Source of the DNA: a bacterium
GTDB lineage: Bacteria; UBA8248
NCBI GenBank assembly: GCA_965261085.1
Contig: OZ253442.1
Span: 2,784,001-2,848,000, forward strand
DNA length: 64,000 nt
Direction of reading: 5' to 3'
Under the pieces are notes generated by a model. It had not been told where the DNA came from and searched no databases. It saw only the letters and a program-made list of their open reading frames with translations. Every line of letters starts with the position of its first letter. Within the stretch, counting starts at the first letter, position 1. Made by a program: the position numbers and the translations under genes. Shown here in pieces: positions 19,002 to 28,356 of the stretch.

Positions 19002-20651
19002 ATGATGAACGATACGTCGACGACCTATGAGTCTCCCGCCAAAATCGAAGCCCTGCTCTCACGCCAAAAAGAAGAAGGCTATCTCTCCAAGGAAGCGATT
19101 GCGGAGATTTCCAAAGACTTGGGCGTGCCCATATACGAGTCATACGGTATCGCCAGTTTTTTCCCGCACTTTCATCTGGAAAAACCCGCAAAGCCGAATA
19201 TCCATATCTGCCGGGACATGAGTTGCCTGCTCGCAGGGGGCGAGACACTCCTTCAAAACGCAAAAAAACTCGCCCGCCGCGCAGGCGTCAGAAACGCTCA
19301 GCCGAAGAGTTGCGCCTGCCTGGGCCGGTGCGACAAGGGGCCTGCCGCCGAAATCGAGGGCCGCATCTATTCATCCCTCACGGATGAGAAATTCCAGAAA
19401 ATTCTCGAGTCCTGGAAAGATGAAAAGCCCAAGCCCGCCTCAAGATCACAGAAACTAACAAACGCATCACGCCTGAATCCATACCGCAAGAATCAGGCGT
19501 ATGGCGTCCTGCGCTCCTTAATGAAAAGCGAAAAGCCAGAAAGCGTCATCGAAGTCCTCAAGGAAAGCGGCCTGCGCGGCATGGGCGGGGCCGGGTTTCC
19601 GGTCGGGCTCAAGTGGAGTTTCGTCCTGAGCGCGCCGGGGGCGGAGAAATTCGTCGTCTGCAACGCCGATGAGAGCGAGCCGGGCACCTTCAAGGACCGC
19701 GCCATCATGGACTCACACCCCGAACTCGTGGTCGAGGGAATCCTCATCGCCTGCCGGGCCGTGGGGGCGCGCCGCGCCATCATATACATACGCCACGAAT
19801 ACGGCGCGCAGGCGAGAAAGTTGGAGCGCGCCATCGAGCGCGCGCGCAAGGCCCGCCTGCTCGGGGCGAAGAACACGCCCACTCTCGAAATCTTCACGAG
19901 TCCCGGCGGTTACATCTGCGGGGAGGAGACGGCGCTGCTCGAAGTTCTGGAAGACAAGCGCGCCCAGCCCCGCGATAAACCCCCCTTCCCCGGCACCGAG
20001 GGTCTGTTCGGCAAGCCCACCCTCATCAACAACGTGGAGACTTTCGCGCTCATACCGGCGGTGCTCAAAAAAGGAGCCGCGTGGTTTTCCTCCTTCGGGC
20101 GAAACGGCGGCAAGGGCTTCAAGGTGGTGGGCGTGAGCGGTGCGGTGCGAAAACCGGGAGTCTACGAGGTGGAGTTCGGAACGCCCATCGGTGAGATCAT
20201 CGAGGGTCCCGCTGGGGGTTTAACGCAGGGCGCGCGCTTAATGGCGTTCTCCCCGGGCGGGGCGAGCAGCGGATTTCTGCCCGCCAGCCTCGTGGACGTT
20301 CCATACGACTTCACGCCCCTTCAAGAGGCGGGCAGCATGCTGGGCAGCGGGGCGCTCGTGGTCATCCCCGAGGGGGTGGACATGGTGGCGCTCGCCCACA
20401 ACGTGGTGCGCTTTTTCAGGGACGAATCCTGCGGCAAGTGCGTGCCCTGCCGTCTGGGAACGGAAAAACTCACCGCCTTTTTAGAGCGGACCTTAAACGG
20501 AGAGGCCAGAGTATCGGAACTGCCCGCCATGCGCGAAATATGCGACGCCATGAAGGACACCTCCATCTGCGGATTGGGCCAGGCCGCGCCGATTCCCTAT
20601 CTCTCGCTTTTCGAATACTTCGCGGCGGATATCGAAGCGAGACTCAAATGA
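19002..20651 (+). CDS. NAD-dependent formate dehydrogenase diaphorase subunit (NuoE-NuoF / FdsG-FdsB fusion)
   Basis: [2Fe-2S] CRDMSC..CLGRC, FMN/NADH motifs GMGGAGFP, CNADESEPGT, YICGEETAL, and [4Fe-4S] ESCGKCVPC..SICGLG. Confidence 0.92.
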   Translation: MMNDTSTTYESPAKIEALLSRQKEEGYLSKEAIAEISKDLGVPIYESYGIASFFPHFHLEKPAKPNIHICRDMSCLLAGGETLLQNAKKLARRAGVRNAQPKSCACLGRCDKGPAAEIEGRIYSSLTDEKFQKILESWKDEKPKPASRSQKLTNASRLNPYRKNQAYGVLRSLMKSEKPESVIEVLKESGLRGMGGAGFPVGLKWSFVLSAPGAEKFVVCNADESEPGTFKDRAIMDSHPELVVEGILIACRAVGARRAIIYIRHEYGAQARKLERAIERARKARLLGAKNTPTLEIFTSPGGYICGEETALLEVLEDKRAQPRDKPPFPGTEGLFGKPTLINNVETFALIPAVLKKGAAWFSSFGRNGGKGFKVVGVSGAVRKPGVYEVEFGTPIGEIIEGPAGGLTQGARLMAFSPGGASSGFLPASLVDVPYDFTPLQEAGSMLGSGALVVIPEGVDMVALAHNVVRFFRDESCGKCVPCRLGTEKLTAFLERTLNGEARVSELPAMREICDAMKDTSICGLGQAAPIPYLSLFEYFAADIEARLK

Positions 20652-20666
20652 CGGCGGGGCTGACAA

Positions 20667-23405
20667 ATGTCTGGAGATAAGACGATAGCCATCACCATCG
20701 ACGGCCAGAAAATCAAGACGGAAGCCGGCGCGCGCATCTGGGAGGTTGCGCAGTCGATGGGCGTCGATATCCCCCGACTCTGCCACCAGCCCGGCATGGA
20801 GCCCGTGGGCGTGTGCCGCGTGTGCGCCGTCGAGGTCGAGGGCGCGCGGACGCTCGTTCCCTCCTGCCACCGGAAGGTCGAGCCCGGCATGGTGATCCAC
20901 ACGCAAACCGAACGCGTACTGCGCGCGCAGAAAACGCTGGTGGCCATGCTGATGGCCGACCACGGCGCGGAGTCCGAGCCTCAGAACTGTGAACTCACCG
21001 CGCTCGCCGAACGGATGGAAGTCAGCAACGGCGTGAGCACACTCCCGCCTGCGGAAACGCCGCGCGAGCAAGATTCCTCATCCACCGTCATCGCCGTCGA
21101 CCACAGCGCGTGTATTCTGTGCGATCGCTGCATACGCGCCTGTACGGACGTTCAGGGCAACAACGTCATCGGCAGGGGCGGCAGGGGCGGGAGCGCGCGT
21201 ATCGTGTTCGATACGGATTTGCCCATGGGAGAATCCTCTTGCGTCTCCTGCGGGGAGTGCATGGCCGCCTGCCCCACGGACGCGCTCACCAACAAACCCC
21301 TCACGCTGCAAATCTCCCCTGGCGACTCGAAAGAAGTGGATTCAATCTGCCCCTATTGCGGCGTGGGCTGTTCCATCACTTATAAGGTGGCCGGAAACAC
21401 CCTCTTGAGCGTACGGGGGGATGAGACGAGTCCCGTGAACCAGGGCAGGCTCTGCGTGAAGGGGCGCTACGGGTTCGACTACGCCCATCACCCGGACAGG
21501 TTGACGACCCCTCTCATCCGAAAAGAAGGCGCGCCCAAGACAAAAGAACTGCCCGGAGATCCCCTCTCCTTGTTCCGCGAGGCGAGTTGGGATGAAGCCA
21601 TGGAACTCGCCGCGAGTTCACTCGGGAAAATCCATGAAACCCACGGCCCATCGAGTATGGCCGGCTTCGGTTCCGCCAAATGCTCGAATGAGGATAATTA
21701 TCTCTTCCAGAAACTCATCCGCGCCGTATTCGGCACGAACAACGTGGATCACTGCACGCGGCTTTGCCATGCGAGTTCTGTGGCCGCTCTTTTCCAGACC
21801 ATCGGCTCGGGCGCCGTGAGTAATCCCTTCTCGGACGCCCTGAAGGCGGATTTCATCCTCGTGGCGGGCGCGAACGCCACCGAGAACCACCCCGTGGCCG
21901 CCACCTTCATCAAGCAGGCTTCTACTGCGGGCGCCACCCTGGCCGTCGCGGATCCCAGAAGAATCGACCTCGTCGACCACGCGGATATGTTCGTGCAGTT
22001 CCGCCCCGGTACGGACGTGGCGCTGTTCAACGGGCTTTTGAACGTGGTGATCGAGGAAAAACTCTATAATCCCGATTTCGTCGCCGCGCGAACCGAGGGA
22101 TTCAAAGAACTAGCAGAAAACATAAAACCCTATACGCCCGAAAACGTCGCCAAACTCACCGGGGCTTCGGCGGATACGCTCCGCCAACTGGCCAGAAGGT
22201 ACGCAAAAGCCGAGCGCAGCATGATTTTCTGGGGCATGGGGCTCTCCCAGCACACCCACGGCACGGACAACTGCCGGGCCTTGATCGCCTTGTGCCTGAT
22301 TTGCGGCCATATCGGGCGCGAGGGAACCGGCCTGCACCCCCTGCGCGGGCAGAACAACGTGCAAGGCGCATCGGACGTGGGCCTCATCCCCATGGTCTAT
22401 TCCGCCTATCAGGACGTCTCCTCACCCAGAATACGGAAAAAATTCGAAGAGGCATGGGGCCGCAAGCTCGACCCAAAGCCCGGCCTCACCGTGATGGAAA
22501 TCGCCGACGCCGCAAACCGGGGCGATATAAAGGGCATGTACATCATGGGCGAGAACCCGGCCATGAGCGACCCGAACCTGAACCACTCCAGAGGCGCCCT
22601 CGCCAACTTGGAATTCCTAGTGGTCCAGGACATTTTTCTGACCGAAACCGCCTATTTCGCAGACGTGGTGCTCCCCTCTACCTCCTTTTTCGAAAAAACG
22701 GGCACCTATACGAACACCGACCGCAGAGTGCAGATCGGCAGGTGCGCCATCGGCCCGCCCGGGAACGCGCGCGAGGACTGGCGAATCGTGGCCGAACTGT
22801 CAGAACGCCTCGGTTATCCGATGGAGTATGAGTCGGAAGCTGAAATTTTCGATGAAATCACATCCTTAACGCCGTTCATGGCGGGAATGTCGTATGATCG
22901 CCTGGGAGATCACGGGCTCGTCTGGCCGTGCGCCAGACCCAACCATCAGGGCACGGAAATCCTGTTTACCAGATCGTTCCCATCCGGCAGGGGAAAGCTC
23001 ATTCCCGTCCAGTATGCCCCCGCCAAGGAGATGCCCGACGATGACTACCCCTTCGTGCTCAACACGGGGCGGAACATCTACCACTGGCACACGGGAGCCA
23101 TCACCAGAAGGGCGCAGGCATTAGAGGCCGCAGAACCCGGCCCCTATGTGGAAATGGCGCCCGACGACCTGAAACGCTTGAGGCTCAAGAACGATTCGGA
23201 CGTCCGGGTGGAATCAAGACGCGGGGAGATTACCCTGCCCGCCCGGTCTTCGGCGCGCGTGCGGCCCGGCCAGGTGTTCATCCCGTTCCACTACGTGGAG
23301 GCCGCCGCGAACCTGCTCACCGTAGACGACCTCGACCCCTACGGAAAAATCCCCGAGTTCAAGTTCTGCGCGGTGAGGGTGAGGAAGGTGAGGAAAGGGC
23401 GTTGA
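20667..23405 (+). CDS. fdhF: Formate dehydrogenase alpha subunit (Mo/W-bisPGD, Cys ligand)
   Basis: N-terminal [2Fe-2S], CILCDRC and CVSCGEC, CPYCGVGC, active site DHCTRLCHASS, PLRGQNNVQG, C-terminal PEFKFCAV. Confidence 0.95.
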   Translation: MSGDKTIAITIDGQKIKTEAGARIWEVAQSMGVDIPRLCHQPGMEPVGVCRVCAVEVEGARTLVPSCHRKVEPGMVIHTQTERVLRAQKTLVAMLMADHGAESEPQNCELTALAERMEVSNGVSTLPPAETPREQDSSSTVIAVDHSACILCDRCIRACTDVQGNNVIGRGGRGGSARIVFDTDLPMGESSCVSCGECMAACPTDALTNKPLTLQISPGDSKEVDSICPYCGVGCSITYKVAGNTLLSVRGDETSPVNQGRLCVKGRYGFDYAHHPDRLTTPLIRKEGAPKTKELPGDPLSLFREASWDEAMELAASSLGKIHETHGPSSMAGFGSAKCSNEDNYLFQKLIRAVFGTNNVDHCTRLCHASSVAALFQTIGSGAVSNPFSDALKADFILVAGANATENHPVAATFIKQASTAGATLAVADPRRIDLVDHADMFVQFRPGTDVALFNGLLNVVIEEKLYNPDFVAARTEGFKELAENIKPYTPENVAKLTGASADTLRQLARRYAKAERSMIFWGMGLSQHTHGTDNCRALIALCLICGHIGREGTGLHPLRGQNNVQGASDVGLIPMVYSAYQDVSSPRIRKKFEEAWGRKLDPKPGLTVMEIADAANRGDIKGMYIMGENPAMSDPNLNHSRGALANLEFLVVQDIFLTETAYFADVVLPSTSFFEKTGTYTNTDRRVQIGRCAIGPPGNAREDWRIVAELSERLGYPMEYESEAEIFDEITSLTPFMAGMSYDRLGDHGLVWPCARPNHQGTEILFTRSFPSGRGKLIPVQYAPAKEMPDDDYPFVLNTGRNIYHWHTGAITRRAQALEAAEPGPYVEMAPDDLKRLRLKNDSDVRVESRRGEITLPARSSARVRPGQVFIPFHYVEAAANLLTVDDLDPYGKIPEFKFCAVRVRKVRKGR
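23304..23396 (+). repeat. Direct repeat copy 1 (3' end of fdh alpha)
   Basis: Matches 24871-24963 at 81 of 93 nt; the last 39 nt are identical. Confidence 0.9.
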
Positions 23406-23479
23406 GAGACCAGAGGGCCTAAGTTACGCGCTGAATATAAAAAAGTATCCAAAAGGAAAGTGGACGAATCCCTGACTTC

Positions 23480-24706
23480 TTAAATACCGTCTACTGCAGA
23501 CTCGGCCGATGATGAATCATGAAAGTTAAAATCCGAAGCATCCAGATCGTCGACGTTAAAGTTTTCGAGTCGGATTGTGCCTCCGCCCTGATCGGTGAGG
23601 TTGATGACGGCTGTGCTCCCGTCTGCCGTGATCGTCAAATCCTCGAAGCCGGTAATGCCCGTGATCGCGGTAAGATCGATGGCGTCTTCCCCATCGGTGA
23701 AGTCCGTAATCGTGTCGTTTCCGTGGCCGGCGGCGAATACGAAGGTGTCGGCATCGGCGCCGCCCGTGAGCGTGTCGTCCCCGAGCCCGCCGTTCAGCGA
23801 GTCGGCGCCCGCGCCGCCAAAGAGTTCATCCGTGCCGGAGCCGGTGACAATCCTGTCGTTGTCCGCGCCGCCATAGAGTATGTCGTTGCCGTTGCTGCCG
23901 CCGTAGAGCAAGTCGTCGCCGTCACCGCCGTAGAGCTCATCGTCGCCCCCATAACCATAGATACGGTCATTGCCTTCCAGACCGTCAATCTTGTCGGTTT
24001 CGGTAGTACCGCGGAGTGTGTCGTCGCCCTCGGTTCCGTACACCCAGCTGTCCTTGAACACAAAATCCGAAGCATCCAAATCATCAAGAGAGGCGCCATC
24101 CAAAAAGATCGTGCCGCCTCCACGCGCGGTCAGATCGATCGTGACGCCGTCGTCGCTGGAGGTGATGGTCAGGTCATCGAAACTGGAGATATTGCTGAAC
24201 CTCAGTTCGATCTTGTCTTCTCCGGTGGTGAAATCGTAGATGGTGTCGTTTCCGTGGCCTGCGCCAAACACAAATGTGTCCGCACCGCTGTCACCGTATA
24301 TTTCATCGTCGCCCGTTCCGCCGAAAATAGTGTCCGCGCCTTCGTTGCCCTCGAGAGAGTCAGCGCCCTCACCACCATATAGAACGTCGTCGCCCTCGTG
24401 GCCCGCAAGACTGTCGGCCCCGGCACCGCCTCTTAAAGTGTCATTACCCGCGCCGCCCCCGAGAAAGTCAGCGCCTTCCCCGCCATCGAGTTCGTCGTTC
24501 CCCTCTCCTCCTTCTATCCAATCCTGGCCTTCGCCGCCCGTGATGGTATCGTTGCCCGCCCCGCCGTAGAGCGCGTCACTACCGGCCCCACCCGTGATGC
24601 TGTCGTCCCCTCCGCCACCTTCGATCCGGTCTCCGTCGTTGTCGGCTTGGAGAACGTCGTCTTCCGAAGTGCCGCCGCCGTCGAACCGAAAAGTATCTTC
24701 AGGCAT
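23480..24706 (-). CDS. RTX / hemolysin-type Ca2+-binding repeat protein (probable type I secretion substrate)
   Basis: Many GGxGxDxL nonapeptides, two copies of DTFVF..GHGNDTI.DF..GED.I.L, no signal peptide, AAGGAG SD. Confidence 0.9.
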   Translation of the reverse strand: MPEDTFRFDGGGTSEDDVLQADNDGDRIEGGGGDDSITGGAGSDALYGGAGNDTITGGEGQDWIEGGEGNDELDGGEGADFLGGGAGNDTLRGGAGADSLAGHEGDDVLYGGEGADSLEGNEGADTIFGGTGDDEIYGDSGADTFVFGAGHGNDTIYDFTTGEDKIELRFSNISSFDDLTITSSDDGVTIDLTARGGGTIFLDGASLDDLDASDFVFKDSWVYGTEGDDTLRGTTETDKIDGLEGNDRIYGYGGDDELYGGDGDDLLYGGSNGNDILYGGADNDRIVTGSGTDELFGGAGADSLNGGLGDDTLTGGADADTFVFAAGHGNDTITDFTDGEDAIDLTAITGITGFEDLTITADGSTAVINLTDQGGGTIRLENFNVDDLDASDFNFHDSSSAESAVDGI

Positions 24707-24870
24707 CAAAGTTACTCCTTTGAAATATGAAAAAATATTTTCATGGCGATTAGCTATCTTATCCTGTCAGTATAACTGAAGCACAAAGCACACACCACCA
24801 GAAAATTCTGCATTCACGCGTGCGCCACTGCGCTGCACACCAACTCGGCGTGGTCTCGTTTCTGTGCCCG

Positions 24871-24966
24871 GCCGTGAATCTCTTCACGATAGACGACCTC
24901 GACCCCTACGGGAAGATACGGGAATTCAAGTTCTGCGCGGTGAGGGTGAGGAAGGTGAGGAAATAG
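24871..24966 (+). pseudogene. Orphan duplicate of the fdh alpha 3' end (direct repeat copy 2)
   Basis: Reads AVNLFTIDDLDPYGKIREFKFCAVRVRKVRK* against AANLLTVDDLDPYGKIPEFKFCAVRVRKVRKGR* in the gene. Confidence 0.9.
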
Positions 24967-25096
24967 CGGCAATGAGCGCGCTCCGTCAAAAAGTACCGAC
25001 GCTTCAATTATTAAAGTACTACTTTAGGAACACTATGTAATCAACTATTACTTAACGCTTACCTAACGGAATACACCAATAACGCAATTCCCTCGC

Positions 25097-25489
25097 TCAC
25101 ACAGAGGAAGCGGCGAGCCCATGCTCCCGCTTCCACTGCAATGCCCTGTAAATGAACAAGGCCATGACGACGGGGTCGAGGAGCAGCCAAAGCGTGGTGT
25201 TTTCAAGCCCGCTCGATGATACCTTCGCCAGGGTGTTATAGGCATACAAATGCCCCGTGATTCCGAAAACGAATATCATGAGCTGGTACGTTTCGCTCTT
25301 CTCCGATGAGTATATGGACTGAAAACCGTCGGCTAGAACCATCGCGAATCCAGCCAGCACCAAAACGTCGACGTAAATGAAAAGAGGCAGCGCGGCGGCG
25401 GGATTCGTGGCGAAGAAGAGGTTGTTGGCCGTCAGCAGCGCCGCCGCGAGGAACAGGAAATTCCCGAACCATCCGTATAGATTCTTCAT
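25097..25489 (-). CDS. Hypothetical four-TM membrane protein
   Basis: 130 aa, four hydrophobic segments, GAGGA SD. Confidence 0.65.
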   Translation of the reverse strand: MKNLYGWFGNFLFLAAALLTANNLFFATNPAAALPLFIYVDVLVLAGFAMVLADGFQSIYSSEKSETYQLMIFVFGITGHLYAYNTLAKVSSSGLENTTLWLLLDPVVMALFIYRALQWKREHGLAASSV

Positions 25490-25840
25490 GATTCCTCCTC
25501 CAGAACAGCGGATACCTCGTGGAATAGCCCAGATGCCGGACTGTTATTCTTCAAGCCTATTATCACGAACTTTTTGATGTATCCGCCATTTCTCCACGGT
25601 GCTTCGGGAATGGTGAAGTGAAAATTCAGAAGGAGTATTACTACAAAATGACAGATGGGCTCTGTTAAAAGAAAAGCGTCAAGACCGCGGTCAAATCTCT
25701 TCGTTCGCCCAGACTGGGCTGCAAGAAATACACCCTATAATTCTATAAAATAAATCGCAAATCGTATCATACAAGTATATGTAGTATTATTTTAGCCAGA
25801 TGATGAATCTTGAGTAAATACTTGATGTCTTCAATTGAAC

Positions 25841-26194
25841 ATGGAGACTATATTCATCGTGTCGCCCTTCCTTCCCTCGAACTGGAAAATTTTTTTTCTT
25901 TATGTGGTAATTGTTGCTGCTGCCCAGCTATTTGTTTGGCGTCCCCGTTTAGACCCTGCGGGAAAACCTGCATTTTTAAGTCAAAAACAAAAACAATTCG
26001 CCATACTATGGTCATTTTTCGTCACCATAATCGGATTATGTGGTGGCTGGGCTATTTCCCATCTGGTCACCAGCATCACGGACATACTTTATTCTGCCCT
26101 AAGCATCTTTGTTGCAGTGAGTCTTATGGAAGGGATTGTGCCTAGTTTAGATGTTTTAAAGCTGCTAAAAAAGCTGCTTTCTGAGAATACTTAA
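25841..26194 (+). CDS. Hypothetical membrane protein (low GC)
   Basis: About three TM segments, AT-rich codons, ATG at 25841. Confidence 0.55.
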   Translation: METIFIVSPFLPSNWKIFFLYVVIVAAAQLFVWRPRLDPAGKPAFLSQKQKQFAILWSFFVTIIGLCGGWAISHLVTSITDILYSALSIFVAVSLMEGIVPSLDVLKLLKKLLSENT

Positions 26195-26218
26195 ACCGAT
26201 GTTTAGGAATGAGCAAAA

Positions 26219-27073
26219 ATGGAACTCTTAGTGGGATTCCTGTCCGTGCTTCTTATTTCTGCATTCATTGTAGATTGGATGCTAAAAGATGAAGCTATTA
26301 TTTCTCTAAGTTCCGACCTAAAGAAATTCTCATCCCAGACAGACGAGTTTACAATTCATCAGCAGATTGGGTTTGTTAACAAGCAATTTTGCCTTATTTT
26401 TGATGCAATATATGGACAGCATACTTGGTCCTGGAAGCGACTTCTTAGATCTACCGCCCTGAGCCTGTTTTTTGTTTTATTCTCTGTCTTACTCATAGGT
26501 ATAGAAAATACGTACCTTGCACCATTAACTAAATCATACGTTCGATCCCATAACATCGAACAAATCATAATCTTATCTTTAATGTTCGGATGTTTTAATG
26601 TTGCCATTGATTTCATCTCTTTGCTAGAAACACGGTGGGTAATGGGACGCGCCCAAAATGCAGGAACAATCACTCTGGTTATGTGGGTTGTAGTTGACCT
26701 CATATTGACGAGTACCATTTATATAATTTTTTTTGGCATCATAATAATAATTGTAGGTTTAACTATTGTCGGTGTACCTTGGGAGCAAATTATCTCTGAT
26801 GTGATGGCGAAAAAAATCTTCGTTCTCTTTTTCTCGCCGGATAAGGCATTGCCATTCTTTGTTTCTACATTCGGGACGTCTATTGTTTGGTACATGTTTG
26901 TTTTCTTTGTCCTTTTTATTAAATTTCTAAGACGTACAAAGATTTTCAAAAACGTGCTTGATAAAATCTCTGAGAGTGCTACACCAGCATATATTACGGT
27001 TGTTATTTTTTCGCTTCCCATTGTTGTGGTCTTCGCAATTTTTAAAGGTATTAACTGGCTAGTTTCGAATTAA
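26219..27073 (+). CDS. Hypothetical multi-TM membrane protein (low GC)
   Basis: 284-aa open frame in AT-rich DNA with about six TM segments. Confidence 0.7.
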   Translation: MELLVGFLSVLLISAFIVDWMLKDEAIISLSSDLKKFSSQTDEFTIHQQIGFVNKQFCLIFDAIYGQHTWSWKRLLRSTALSLFFVLFSVLLIGIENTYLAPLTKSYVRSHNIEQIIILSLMFGCFNVAIDFISLLETRWVMGRAQNAGTITLVMWVVVDLILTSTIYIIFFGIIIIIVGLTIVGVPWEQIISDVMAKKIFVLFFSPDKALPFFVSTFGTSIVWYMFVFFVLFIKFLRRTKIFKNVLDKISESATPAYITVVIFSLPIVVVFAIFKGINWLVSN

Positions 27074-27399
27074 AATTGGTCCCGAATATCCTAAACGCAC
27101 CTTGATTTTGTAGCTCGGCGAGGCGTAATGATATCTTTCCTTAAGATTTGCTCACAGTAGCAGGGCGAGTCTTGAAGGATGAGCACAATGGATGATGCGA
27201 GAAGAGGGTTGTGTCAGGCTGCGACCATGCCTTCGAGCAAATCCACTTTCCTGATTTATCCAACCATACTGATGGGGCTTACTTCGCTATCGGAAGCAGG
27301 AAACTCTTTTGGAGTGGAGTTGTAATTTACCTGAGGTATATCCGAACCCTACATCGAGTGTCGATTGGCAACGGAAATCAAAGAGAAACCCCAAGCCCC

Positions 27400-28305
27400 T
27401 CACCGGAAACTCGTGATCAGAAATCCCCCGAACACGACCAGCCCCGCCGCGCCGAAAAGGCGGGCGTTCACGCGCTCCATATCGCCCATGAAGATGAGGC
27501 TCAAGAGCACCACCCATATCGGCGCGGTGCGGCTCAGGGGGAGCACGACGGTCACGTCCGAGAACGTGAGGGTGTACCACAAAAGCCCCGTGGCGGTGGC
27601 GGAAAACACCGAACCCAGCAGTATCCAGCAGACGTCGCGCCTGGCCGCATGGATTCTGCCCGCCTCGCCCAGAAACGGCTTCACCACCAGAAGAAAAATG
27701 AAGGCCGCAAAAAACGCGAAACCCACCGCCGCAAAGGGCGTTCTCTGCTCGGCGTAGCCTATTTTCGCGATCACCGGCATGGCGGCGTACATGAACGAGG
27801 CGAAGACGGGGAAAATCAGCGCGCGGCGGAATTCGGGGCCCATGCCGCCCTTGGCGACGTCCTTGCCCTCCCCCATCGAGATGAGCGCCACGCCGCCGAC
27901 GATGGAGAGCGTGCCGAGCACGACCGCCACGCCCGGCTCTTCCCCCAGAAAAAAGGCGGCGAAAAAAACCGCCCATATCGGGGCCGATGCCTGCACGGGA
28001 CTCGTCCGGCTCGCGCCGATGCGCTGAATGGCCGTATAGGAAGCCAGGTGGCCCATCCCCTGTCCCAGACAGCCAGCCAGCATGAACCACAAAACGGGTT
28101 TTAGGGATGAGGTCTGCAATGTACCCAGGAAAAAGGCTATGCCCAGCAGGAGGAAACTCGCTACGGCGTTGGTGATGAGCACCCCGGTGATGGGAGAGGC
28201 GTTCCTCAGCCCCCGGCGGAAGGAGATGAGCGCCGCCGAGTAGATGAACGAAGATGAGAGAGCGAGGATTTCGCCCGACATGAAAAAAGGTCCTTGCGCG
28301 TTCAT
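27400..28305 (-). CDS. EamA/DMT family transporter (paralog 3)
   Basis: About 10 TMs, two EamA repeats, FLGEEPG, LPLSRTAP. Confidence 0.9.
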   Translation of the reverse strand: MNAQGPFFMSGEILALSSSFIYSAALISFRRGLRNASPITGVLITNAVASFLLLGIAFFLGTLQTSSLKPVLWFMLAGCLGQGMGHLASYTAIQRIGASRTSPVQASAPIWAVFFAAFFLGEEPGVAVVLGTLSIVGGVALISMGEGKDVAKGGMGPEFRRALIFPVFASFMYAAMPVIAKIGYAEQRTPFAAVGFAFFAAFIFLLVVKPFLGEAGRIHAARRDVCWILLGSVFSATATGLLWYTLTFSDVTVVLPLSRTAPIWVVLLSLIFMGDMERVNARLFGAAGLVVFGGFLITSFR

Positions 28306-28356
28306 GGGCGCGACTATACACGCCCCAAGATTTTCGCGCGAGAAAGCACAAGCATT

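Noticed and set aside
21765-21767. Selenocysteine in formate dehydrogenase
   Set aside because: The active-site codon is TGC (Cys) and the frame is uninterrupted.
23304-24966. fdh tail repeat as a diversity-generating retroelement TR/VR pair
   Set aside because: The mismatches are not adenine-specific, most are synonymous, and there is no reverse transcriptase in the window.
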